Assembly (NCBI GenBank): GCA_965645245.1
Contig: OZ287071.1
Coordinates: 310,001-374,000, forward strand
Length of the DNA stretch: 64,000 nucleotides
From: Massalongia carnosa
Lineage: Eukaryota
Reading direction: 5' to 3'
The notes beneath the pieces are model-generated. The model made no database searches. It was given only the letters and a program-made list of their open reading frames with translations, and had not been told where the DNA came from. Positions within the stretch are counted from its first letter, which is position 1. Each line of letters starts with the position of its first letter. The translations under genes and the position numbers were made by a program. Positions 36,810 to 48,516 of this stretch are shown piece after piece.

Positions 36810-37349
36810 CTCTTACTGAATTTAACAAATAGATTACCTATTTCTGCGGCGCGCTCATCACCGCATCCTGAAGACTGGACCAAATCATATTTAATGTAAT
36901 TCCCATGGATGTGTCGAGGTTTGGTTTGGCGTAGAGAGCAAAGCTATTTAAGAATCACCACCATTGCTGAACGGAGGGGGTTGTATTATTGTATGTTATG
37001 TACGTAGTACACAGTACTTATCGGGACTAGAGGAAACAGTCGGTTCAGGGCTCGAAGGCGGCACGGCGGCTAGTTTCACGTGACACGCGACGATATCGTA
37101 ATAAGTCACGGGATCAATACAAACGTAATCCCGCCTACAGAGTACTCCGTACCGGCATTGGAATATATGAGGGACGTTGAGCTTGTCCATTCATGTGAAT
37201 GCAAGCATCACATCATTGCTACTCATGCCCAAATTCCGCAAACAAGAGTTGAAGCATCTATCAGATGAAGACAACCTCTAAAGGGTATCAGGTGTCGCGT
37301 TACGCGTTCTTTTCCAAGCGTGGAACATCCATTAAACAGCCTCTACGAT

Positions 37350-39436
37350 ATGACATTAGATGATCTACAGCATTCCGCAAATGATACCACGAATGGCAAG
37401 ACCAAGATCCTACCAGTTCTCCTACCAACAACAGATAGCACGGAGCATGATACTCTAAAATATCATCTTTTGGGCCCCTCCTTGACCAAAGCTGGCCAAG
37501 ATGAAGTCGATCAGCAGAAGGTAGTTAAAGACAGACGTTGGTGTCGAGTTTTCGTCGAAGTTAACCGAATGACTAGGTGTCAGAGATCATCTACAATGCA
37601 TCAAAAGGCTCCAAATACTTCAATAATGAAGAGACTAAAGACAGAATACTTACACAGAAAATCGAGAAGATTTTATCGAAAAAAAGGCAGCTAGATCGCA
37701 TCGATCTTGCGTCTGATCTTCGCAAAGCCAACGAGTACATCACTGAGTTGGAGCTCTCAAGAGACCTATCGCAGACTGTGATCCATATTGATTGTGATGC
37801 CTTCTACGCTGCGGTCGAGGAGCTCGATCGACCCGAACTTAAGCAGGTTCCAATGGCGGTAGGCAAGGGCGTGCTTACTACCTGCAATTATCACGCCAGG
37901 AAATTTGGCTGTCGGAGCGGCATGGCAGGATTTGTGGCAATGAAACTTTGCCCCCAGCTCGTCTGCCTACCCCTTAACTTTGGTAAATATACAGCCAAGG
38001 CCCAGGAGGTGCGCGAAATCCTTGCAGATTATGACCCTCGGTTTGAAAGCGCCGGTCTTGACGAAGCCTACCTAAACATCACTCAATACTGTGAAGACAA
38101 ACAAATGGACCCGGAAGAAGTCGTTACCAAACTACGCGACGAGGTGGCTGAGAAGACCAAAATCACCATATCTGCTGGTATTGCCGCGAATGCGAAATTA
38201 GCCAAAATAGCATCTAACAAGAATAAACCCAACGGACAGTTTCGAGTCGCCAACGACAGAAGCATCATATTAGCCTTTATGAGAGATCTACCCACGCGTA
38301 AAGTCAATGGTGTGGGCCGCGTATTCGAGCGCGAGCTGGACGCCGTTGGGGTCAAGACCTGTGGCGACATCTACACTTACCGCGCTTGCCTTTCTAAACT
38401 CTTCGGCGACAAGGCTTTCCACTTCCTAGTGCAAACTTACCTCGGACTCGGCCGCACCAAAATCCAGCCAGCAGAAGACTATGAACGGAAGAGTGTGGGC
38501 ACGGAGAGCACGTTTCGTGAGATGGGCGACAAGGAGGAACTACGTTCGAAGCTCCGCTGGATCGCTCAAGAGCTGGAAAAGGATCTCTTGCGCACGCAAT
38601 TCAAGGGACGCACATTGGTGCTGAAAATCAAGCTGCACACGTATGAGGTCCTGACAAGGCAGGTCGCCCCTCCGAAATCCATCAACGCAGCCGACGACCT
38701 GTACACATATTCGTTACCTATGCTAGCTAAGCTAGAGCGAGAAATCCCAGGTATGAAGCTTCGGCTCATGGGCCTGCGCTGCACGCATCTTGTCAGCGCT
38801 AAAAAAGCCGGCATTGACTTCTTTGGCATTGGTCGCAACTCCGCAGTGGTTCCACACACTAAAAACTGCCCCAAGACCAATAAGGGGGAATGGGAGCAGT
38901 GGCCCGAAGAAGAATTCGAAGCAGCCGCGCGCCAGGAGCGCCAGGACGAAATGAACGAGGTGGAAACGCTCAGTCAGGAATCCCCTAACCCTCCGCGACA
39001 TTCCCCACTCGCCTCCACCACTCCCCCTTCCCCTTCATTCATATCCACGACCGCGATAGCTACTCCGTTCTCAACAACAACCGTGACGAACCCAGCCATA
39101 GACCCTTGGTCCTGCCCTATTTGCATCCGCCCCCAGCCCGCCTGCGACCGGGACTTCAACTCTCACATCGACTTCTGTCTCTCACGGCGAACGATCCGGG
39201 ACGCGGTCGATGGGGCGTTGGGTTCGCCACCAATCACGCCCAGGCACCTATCATCAGGCGGGAGGGCGAACATGGTTGTTGTGGAGCCTAGATGTTTGGA
39301 TTTTGGACCTGCTAGTGGTAGTGGAGGAAGCGTGAAGCGAGGCCGGGGGCGACCGAAGAGGAAAGGTACTGTCGAGGGGGTGGATGGGGAAGGGAAAAGG
39401 CAGAGAGTGCTTTTCGGAGTGGGTAGGGTAGGGTAG
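37350..39436 (+). CDS. POLK: DNA polymerase kappa (Y-family, DinB-like); exons 37350-37520, 37577-39436
   Basis: 'LLGPSLTKAGQD.VDQQK|VSEIIYNASKGSKYF', catalytic 'HIDCDAFYAAVE' and 'GLDEAYL', 'TCNYHARKFG', 'ERKSVGTESTF', UBZ zinc finger 'CPIC...FNSHIDFC'. Confidence 0.95.
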
Positions 39437-39949
39437 GTTTGCCAGTGGGCTTATGACTCAACATATGAACGCATCATGAGATGAGATATCCTCGTTAGAT
39501 ATCCGTGCTGGGAATTGAGGCGTCTTTGCCTTGATGTTTTAGGGTTGATGGGATGAAGGGAGGGCATAGCGGAGCATAGCGTAGCGAAGGCGTTTGGGCA
39601 GATCAGGATTGATCGCCAAGGGTTTGACTGCATAATTTGAGGTTCCAGAGCATGCTTATTACCACAACCCTCTACCCTTATCAGAACCCCCTTTTTGGTC
39701 AATTCACCATGGGACAGAGTCATGTAAATTCCAAACTTGTCTTCCATTTCAACTATTATTACTTCCTGAACCAAGTCTTTTCCCCCCTCCCCCCCAAAAC
39801 CACGCAAGGGTTCTAGATGGTTGTGAAAAAGGCATCAACAAAAACCCGAAGACAAAGCGGATGTAGCCGGTGTACAATCTATGACCTTCATCCACATTAC
39901 CGTTGTTGTTGTCCTCTGCCGTTCATTGGTGTCGCGAGTGGTAAGGACC

Positions 39950-39976
39950 GTGTGTGTGTGTGTGTGTGTGTGTGTG
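39950..39976 (+). repeat. (GT)13 microsatellite
   Basis: Direct reading of the sequence. Confidence 0.95.
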
Positions 39977-40282
39977 GCAAATTTCATATTCATTCTCCAC
40001 CATGCCATGCCTCGAGACTATTATTCTCGTGAAATGGTATATGGGGCGGGAGAATAGTCGTATGCATCATTGTGAAGACGTATCTAAGGTGCCGTCCAAA
40101 CACATGGTTATCTTCCTAGCTTACCAGAGCAATGGTCCGAGGATTTCGAGGGCACCTTTGCTGTTGAATGTCATCCAGGCCTTCTGATGGACGTCCAATT
40201 ATTTTTGAGCAGCTATTGCTCACTAGATAGCGACCCTAACTTTTGGTGAAAGGAATGGTTCTCCAAGGTTTCAAAACAGCGA

Positions 40283-42283
40283 TCACGGTACCCACAGCTT
40301 CCCCTGGCCTCGGGTAGCCTCCCTTGTAGCGCCGGACCTCAACACATACTCGACCTCCGAGTCATGAACTCTCGCCCCACCACCACGGCGTGGGCTTCCG
40401 CGTGGGGAATTCCGTAACTGATGCCCCCCATTCGGAACATAACCCCGCAGGTTTGTCGTGAAGTCGCGACCAAAAGCATTGGGATCAATTATAGGGGTAC
40501 TCAAGTGAGGCACGGGTTGCTGACTCCTGGCGTGAGCAGTACTGGGACGGCGTGGGCTGTACTGCCTTCGGGGGGTTCTTTGCTGAGTAGCGGAATGTCG
40601 TTTGGATTTTGGGTTGAAGATAATAACCTCCTCGTCACTATCCTCTACCTCAGGTTTAGCTTGTGTAGGTGCTAGACTAGGAACGGTTGAGGACTGACGG
40701 GAGGAAGAGGCGGAATTGTTGGCTGTGCGAGGGTGCATTGGCGATTGCAGGGACTGAGAATTGCGCTTAGTACGTTGGTTGGGATGCCTTTGGGCAGAGA
40801 CAACGTTTTCAAGAGCATTGTCATTTGTGGTTAGGGGGCTGCCTCGTTTTGGGGTACTGACAGTCTTTGGCTCAGGGTCGATGTCCATATTAGGCTGGGT
40901 ATTGATGCCCTCCTGGTATTGCCGGTCAGGCAGCCCATTGGCTTGATTGACAGGAATTTCTGGCTTCTTAGTAACAGCCCGCTTCATCTCTCTCGCAATC
41001 ACCTGTTTCGGTTGCTCTATCGGAATAAACTCTTGCGTGTGTAATACGATGCCATCCGTAGGAAATCCATTAGAGTCGATTGACCCCCTAGCCTCCTCCT
41101 TGCTCTCTTGCTCTTGTGGAAAAATAGCCGAGGAACCATTGTGATATGCAAGGATATTATCGTTGATATAAAAGGGTAAAGACATTTCACAAACGTTGTC
41201 GCTTTTTTTAGTATCTACCCCTTCATCCTCATGATTTCCAACATTCTGACATGTACCATTCATTTCAACTACGTTGGGACTGATCGCTTCTGTTCCAGCG
41301 TGATCATCGCTCTGGATAGAGGCAACTCCCACATCAGAGACGCCCCGAGCAGTTTCAGTCTGCAAAAGCGAAGCTTTCGGCTTCCAGTCAGGATAATCCC
41401 GTTCCAAGTCACCAAAAACGTTGCGGTCACCAACGGGGTGCTGGGCTGAAATAGTTTCGCGGAAGTCTCTGACCTGTTGGGTAGCAATATTGAGCTTTCC
41501 CGCCAGGTTACGTAGCTCTTGATTATCGCTTAGCAGTATCGTCGGATTGGTGTCAGCCTGAGTGATAATATTTTCATAAAGGCGCCATAGTGTATAGCTG
41601 AACAAGGATCTAAGCGCCTCGGGAATCTCAGTAGCAGGAACGCTTGGGGCATTTTTATTGGTCTTCCAAGGAGACGTTTCTGCGCTTATAATCCGGGCAA
41701 CAAGCTTCGGTCTGGACGGACCTAAATAAGGGTCCTATAAGCAAGTGTTCGTAATGCGCAAATTATCACCAACCTTTAAGGGTCTCCGTGACATTATTTA
41801 CAGGTTTTTTATTGTTAGCGGCTGCATGGGCAGCCTGTGCCCAGGTGGTAGGACCATCCTCGGTGGACATCTTCTTCTCCACCTGTACCTCTACTCCTTT
41901 CCATGGAGAGTACTCTTCTGAAGGCTGCTGAAATGTGATTGGATGCTCAGCGTTGTGTAGCTTGAGCCTTGAAAGGAACTCCCTAGCCACGACAAGATTG
42001 ATATCGAAGGCAGGGTATTCCGGGCGTACAGGTTTTCCAGACGACCTCTTTTTAGTGGGTTCAGGTATTGTCACAGTCTTCTCCTTGAGATCTTGATAGA
42101 GCTGTTCTACGCGCTCCAATGCTAGAAATATGGTCAGAGTGATCTAACGGAAAGGAACCATAGTCCTAACATACTGCTCAATGGCACGACAAGATGGATC
42201 TGACCATGATAGACCCAAAGTTTTATCGCCTGAATATGCTCGACGAGAGTTTTGGCGTCTACTACGCAAGATGGAGTCTCCAT
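40283..42283 (-). CDS. PIN-like domain protein with long disordered C-terminus (exons approx. 42283-42176, 42122-41774, 41721-40283)
   Basis: N-terminus 'METPSCVVDAKTLVEHIQAIKLWV....IHLVVPLS|TLERVEQL' and later 'ILLSDNQELRNLAGKLNI' fit a PIN-type pattern; C-terminal 'YVLRSG..R...RG.GKLWVP'. Confidence 0.65.
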
Positions 42284-43113
42284 TTCAGAAAATGGGGCGA
42301 ATTCCAAAGGGTGGGTTGGGTTTCATGGAGACGGTATCGCAATCTTGGAAGGCCTGTTCAAGGGCCCTGACGCTGGCGTTAGGAGTTTAAGAGGATATTG
42401 AAGTGAAGGGGTTGGATTGTAAGGAAGAAGTCGAACCACTCATAATCAGAAGTAAACCAGCGCACATGTGTCGGGTTTTCCTTGTGGAGCAGAACCGCAT
42501 TTATACATGTTGAGCGGTAACGGTGGCCTCTCGAAGGTCGAAGAGGCTTTTGCAATACTTGAATCCACACATGTGGAATGGGTTTGAATGATGACTGAGA
42601 GGAGTTTAGCTGCGAGGAAAATCAGAACAGGAATATTGTCCAGAAAGGAGAAGAGAAAGTGTTTTGTGTGTTGAAGAGATCGTACTCCGTATATGCAAAC
42701 CAAATCACGAGTGAATCCAAAGAGGCTGGTGAGTTATCAAACCCTTCCCGGAACGGGGTTAGCTCACTCAACCCTTGCGAAGCCGAGCAGAAGCCCTAAT
42801 AATTGAAGTATACTATGTTGTAAAGTACAGAGTAGGTACTCTGTATAGCCGTACGCCATACGGAGGACTGTAGGAGAGGTAGGTATCAACTTCACTCGTC
42901 ATAGGTACAGAGTGCTTGCATTTTTTTGTACTTCGTGCTTCTGCTTTGGGTTCTTTATCACATGTTACGCGTTGGCATAACGGGTACCTGTTTCATACCA
43001 ACCATGATTCGTACCGTCCACCAGAACATCTCCCTACCTTTGTTGTATAATTCCACAGAAACCTATAACAAACGGACTAATTTACTGTGTTGTGAGTGTT
43101 CAGCTGCTTTTTG

Positions 43114-44143
43114 CTACAGCGTTTGAAGACAATAGATCGGAAATGCCTCTACCACTCCTAACCCGTCAGCCGCCCAAGTCCCATACGTCCCGGTCTCATC
43201 AATGAGGTGTGGCATTGGCGCTTGCTTCACAATCACATCGAACTCCGCCAATGCAGTTTCTTTCGCCAGGCTATTGGGCGAAACAATACAGCCTTGAAAG
43301 TTGCTCAGGCAGGTTTGTCTGAGCCTGTTGCTTTTTAAAGTCATAACCAGGGACTTTGCGAAACCTGTAGGGCTTGCCCACACTCTCGAACACCACATCG
43401 TGTCGAACACTGTAATACGACCGATCTTAGACACGATGATGGGCTAATGCGCCGAGGTGAGAGGGAGGTCGGGATGCAAGAGCCTCCAGTAAATGCACAA
43501 TATACGCGTCTATCTCATCATGTGGTTTATAAACTGGATTGTGCAACGAATCTAGTCGTCTGTCACATTCAGCAGCACTGCTGTAGATAATCAAGAAAGT
43601 TTTGCTCAAACTAAACATACTAATGAATTCCATGAGTCGTCTTTGGCTTGTTGGTATAACATCAGGAGCAAAAGTTAGAAAAGATACATCAGATATTTCC
43701 CTCACAACAACTATGTTTTTGTTAAGTTTTTATTATCGTTCATGCTCTCAATCATCTACGTCATGCCAAATTCCTCAGCAGATTGCGCGTTTTCAAGAAA
43801 AGATATGCCCATCTCGGCTCGAGAACAACACTCTAATCGGACTCCATAAACCAATTATTACCGAAGATAGTATCCCATAGACCTAGGACTTCATCTGTAG
43901 TAACCGTAGGAGTTCATTGTCTCGAAGCCAATCGTAACAAATGTACCTTAGAATAGGTGATGCTAGTATGGGAACGATACATCCTGATTTGGTTCTTGAA
44001 AATATATTGGCACTCACCGAATCCCTCTTCATCGATCCAACTCTCCGACACCATGTGAAGGGCAAGGGAAATTTGAAAAAGCCTGAGTATTGACGTGATA
44101 TGGGAAAGCTTAAAAGATATTTCAAGGATTGCTCTCGCTTCAT
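43114..44143 (-). pseudogene. Probable decayed gene of unknown family (frameshift near 43434)
   Basis: Abutting protein-like ORFs 43705-43427 and 43434-43114 join by a small frameshift ('...LGALAHH/VSKIGR...'); a further fragment lies upstream at 44143-43883. Confidence 0.4.
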
Positions 44144-45032
44144 ATTAGATATTGGATATAACCAAATTATAGATATACGAAAACAGATATGTTGGCTTTG
44201 AGCTTGGTGAAGTCGACACCAACATCGTAAATGGGCGGTTCAAAATCAGTTTATAAGATTGTGTTCAAATAGCCTGCGGACCAATTTAAACAAGGTGCCC
44301 GCCCTCGCCGCCTCTTGGGAGACAGTGGAAACGAATCTAATCCAAGCCGAAGTTGTTAAGCCGCCTGTATAGCTTGGCTCTCTGGTTTTAATACCAAGCC
44401 GCACATCGAAACAGCCCAATTAAATCGGAAACGCAACATATACCCCCGCCTCATCGAATTCCATGATTAAAGCTTAGAAGATTGGATTCTGGGGCAGTCT
44501 ATGTAGGCGTTGAAATCAGACGAGTATGAGTTAAGATTCAAAAATAAGTTTATTGGACAAAAGATTGTGTTGGTGGTATGATTGCCCTTGGAGGTAGTAT
44601 AGTAATTGGGACCTTCCGGTGTTTGCACTCTGTACATGGCTCGATATTTAGCGATAAACAGTATGAATGCATTACAGATCACTAGCCATATCACCTTACC
44701 ATTGTTCTAGCCGTATAGTACAAGTCATGACTTGCCTATGCAAGAGCCCCCCAGATACCATACTTGGCCATCTAAGGCTTATTCTTGTCGCCTTCATGTA
44801 GCCAGAGCTGAAATCCTCCTCACAGACCTTTTATTGTCGTAGATAGGCTTATATTTGCTTTAGCCATGAGCGAGCGTTAGGAAGTGGCCACGGGTGAAAA
44901 CGGTCAACCGTAGGCACCAAGGTATTCTGCAGAAGTCTTTTTCAACACGCCACCTCCAGACCACACGAATTGGCAGTATGAGAGACGGGAGGTTCCTTCC
45001 TTGCATAATAATTCTTTACCTGGGGCAGAGTA

Positions 45033-46127
45033 TCAAGAACCAGGTTCTTTTCGTATTAGCCTGGGGTGTTCCTTGGTTCTCTGGGCCCATTCACTAAATT
45101 ACAAAGTTAGCATGTGCACACGCTGCCTAGCTAAGATGTATACCTACGTCCAACTACCATCATATAGCTTTCTGTCTTCAGAGCTTCCGAATCCTGCTTC
45201 GTCCAAAGCTGCATCTATGATAGCTGCTGTGACCCCAGTTCCGCAACTGGTGATAATGGGTTTATGAGGATTTATACCTTTCCCTTCGAAGATCTTCCTC
45301 AATTGCTGTTTAGATAGAAGCGTTCCTTTCTGTGGATCTATTAGTTCGGACATTGGAATACTGATGCTCCCCGGTATGTGTCCGCTTGGAAGCCCAGGTC
45401 GCGGTTCTGGCTCAGTACCAGCCCATCTCCCCTTACTTCTTGCATCCAAAACCTGAACACCTTTAGCTTCGTCATTCCCATAATCTGTTGCAATATCTTT
45501 AACTTCTGCAAACAAGGCAACTTTTCCCGCGCTTATAGGTGGTACAGGGTAATCTCGTGGCTCCTCGGTTCTGTTGGCGACTTCTCCACTTTCAGTCGGG
45601 TATTCTTGTTCCACCCAAAGCCGAAAATTATTGAGCAAATGCACTTTCGGGTGACTAAAGACCTGGAACGTCCATCCGACTCTTGGGGCGCTGAAAAGTC
45701 CTAGCTCTTGCGTGTCATAAACCACGATCGTGTCATCTCTTCTGATTCCTAAGCCCTGCATAAGTTTGGCAAAATATTCCGCTGTAGGTAGCATATGTGG
45801 GTATGGCGAATCATGATCTTTGATCGCATCAAGATCAAAGAATCGGGCTGAAGGTATCCTCTTTTCATTGAATACCCTCCATCCAGTACGACCTTGCGGG
45901 TCGTTCGGCAAAAACCATGAAGCGCAAAGAGGTATGACTCGCGGGGCAATAGATAACTTGGTAGAGATTTTCTTCTTCGTCTTCAATGCATCTGAAAGCT
46001 CTTTGGGCGTGACGATGTAAGACTTGAAGAAGATTCTACGGCGCTGACTCGCCCATTGAGAATTTGGGACCCACGGTCGAGGAGAATTCGAAACAAACTT
46101 GAGTAGTCGAGACTGTATCAATAACAT
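45033..46127 (-). CDS. TUM1: 3-mercaptopyruvate/thiosulfate sulfurtransferase (tandem rhodanese), probable mitochondrial presequence; short terminal exon ending 45033
   Basis: 'RIPSARFFDLD', 'PHMLPT', 'FSAPRVGW', 'LDARS.GRW.G..PEPRPGLPSGHIPGS', active site 'CGTGVTA', 'YDGSWT|EW'. Confidence 0.93.
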
Positions 46128-46285
46128 CTTTGACCATTAGAAATATTAGCAACAATACTTGACGGGATGCGGTTTGTACGTAACTTTGCTGATGCTCTGC
46201 TACTGACTGGATCACGTGCAAATTTGGATGAAAACCCCCACTCCCGTAGTCTTTATGTATCTACAACAACTCACCACCCTTCCAA

Positions 46286-46716
46286 ATGAAAGTCACGATC
46301 AAAGAGTGGAACGCAGTCGCTTCATGGCGCTGGGATATGCCAGAAGATGATGTCTGTGGAATTTGTCGCGTTCAGTTTGATGGGACTTGCCCAACATGTA
46401 AATATCCCGGGGACGATTGTACTCTACGTAATATTGGCGCCTGTATCTCCGCAACGAAGGGTGCTAATCTGATCTCAGTCATTGGGAAATGCGGACACTC
46501 CTTTCATATGGTAGGAGAAAGGCTCCTAATCGCAGATTGAAGGATAGGATATTAAGTCCGGTTTAGCACTGCCTCCTTACCTGGATTCAGCAGGATTCGT
46601 CCAAAGGGTTATGTCCGATGTGTAGGCAAAGTGCGTTTCTCCCAGCAATTTTAAGTCTTCATAGCTAACTAGACTCTTTAGAATTTGAATGGAAACAGAG
46701 CGGAGAAGAACAATGA
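46286..46716 (+). CDS. APC11: Anaphase-promoting complex subunit 11 (RING-H2), 4 exons
   Basis: 'MKVTIKEWNAVASWRWDMPEDDVCGICRVQFDGTCPTCKYPGDDC...GKCGHSFHM|HCLLTWIQQDSSKGLCPMCRQ|KFEW'. Confidence 0.95.
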
Positions 46717-47611
46717 TGCTGATCATCCATTGGATCGCTTTGGGTTACACAATATCGCTCCATGTTAAGGAAACCACATAGAACGGCTTTCCGTCACGCT
46801 TTTCGAGTACCTGATTGATCTTTGCTTGGTTCACTCCCAGGGGTAATACTTCGCCAAGGGCTGCTCTCAATTCAATGACAATGAACAAAAGAGTAGAGCT
46901 TCTGACTCGCCCCTTCATAGGCGATGAACTGGTAATGCACGGTAAAAATCCAGCTCAATGCGTTTCAACATAGATATTTCTCCTGCGGGCTACGAAGCTG
47001 TGTTCTACAAGCCGTCTCAAACATTCATGCGCCTGGCTCCTGCCGAAGCAAGAGGCCTCTTACTTGTTTTGATGTGCTGCAACGACTGCTCCGCGGCCTT
47101 ACGGTAGAGGTGTGGTCCCAGATAAACCATCGTCATTTATTAAGGTTACTTCCAACCTACAAGGCAAGATAGAACTCGTGGATTTGGAGTTTTAGGGAGG
47201 TGGTGCATCCTCGAGGATATATAACTTAGCCAGCTGTTCGCAAGCTGGAGCTCAAAGGAAGATCTGGAGGTTAAGTCAAGCTCGAGTCAAGAAAGATATA
47301 GCATGCGGACTGAAGGATGTGCAAGAACCCTGGAAATACATACGGATGACGGCGACTGTAAAGTCAGATCGAAAAGTCATTTCAGGTCGGTATTCAAGTC
47401 CCCCAACAAGAAGGGCGAGACCAATTAGTTTCAATCCATAACCTTTGCAGTCGTTCTCCACGAAATATCAAGTCCTCAACGTCTATCCAACTCCTAAAAA
47501 GACTATTGACCCATCACTCCATGGCTCCCGCAAACCGGACCTTCTCCTACCCTAAGCCAAACACCTTCATCACCCCCAAACAATACCTTATTCCGCACCT
47601 CGCAAAACCCA

Positions 47612-48244
47612 TCAGCCCCCTCCACCCTCCACTACCCGCCTTAATTCCCCTATCCTCCTCTCGTAAATCTCCGCTAACTCATCCAACCCTTTCTCGCCCT
47701 CCATCTCCCCATCATCCCAAACCCCCACCCCCTCAACCCTTAACATTAGCCCCTTTCCGCCCTCCTTACCCTCCTCACCCTCCTCGCCCTCCTCCCCATC
47801 ACCCCCTTCCCACGTCGGCGCGGGGCCCACCTCCACGCTCACAACCTGCCAGTCCTTCGCCATGCTCTTCGCCGCCACAACGCGTGTACCCGAAGCATCG
47901 AGATCGAGAATGAGGAAGCGTTCTGCTGCTAGTTCGTCGAGCATGGGCTCGGCATTGTTTTGGTCGATTTTAGTGGTTTTAGAGGAGGATGAGGATGAGG
48001 AGAGAGGATGAGGGGGAGGGTACGGGTCGAGCGTTTGCAATGCGGCGGCTGTGGTGATTTGGGTGGCGTCGGGGTCGTCGGAGAAGAGATAGTGGACTTT
48101 GGGGTGGTGGTGGGTTGTCGGAGTGGAGATGAGGGTAAAGAAAGGGGTGAATTTGGGTTGGGCCGGGGGGTTTTCGGAGGTAGAAGGGGGAAGAGGGGAA
48201 GTGGAAGTGGAGAGGTCGGAGGGTTGACTTGGTGGATTTGGCAT
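47612..48244 (-). CDS. Conserved hypothetical protein, candidate remote Atg31 homolog
   Basis: 210-aa ORF with blocks 'FTPFFTLI', 'HPKVHYLFSDD', 'RFLILDLDASG..VVAAKSM..DWQVVSVEV', 'LMLRVEGV' and terminal helix 'LDELAEIYERRIGELRRVVE'. Confidence 0.7.
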   Translation of the reverse strand: MPNPPSQPSDLSTSTSPLPPSTSENPPAQPKFTPFFTLISTPTTHHHPKVHYLFSDDPDATQITTAAALQTLDPYPPPHPLSSSSSSSKTTKIDQNNAEPMLDELAAERFLILDLDASGTRVVAAKSMAKDWQVVSVEVGPAPTWEGGDGEEGEEGEEGKEGGKGLMLRVEGVGVWDDGEMEGEKGLDELAEIYERRIGELRRVVEGGGG

Positions 48245-48516
48245 TTTGTCGGGTAGGAAGGATGTTGTGAATATCGAAATATTTCACACATTGCGAGCTG
48301 CCTACCCAGGATGTATCTTTGTATTTTCGGGTTTGGGAAAGAGCCGAAGTTCACGGGTAAGGGCATGAGCTTGGATTCGGCTTCACGTAATTATAATCTG
48401 AATGAATGGACTACACTTATCGTGCTTGCATAGTGCAGCAAAGAATATCTAACTCATAGTACGCGTGTAAACCTTCACGAAATCGCGGCAAGTGGAGATC
48501 GTCGCTGAAAACCGCA

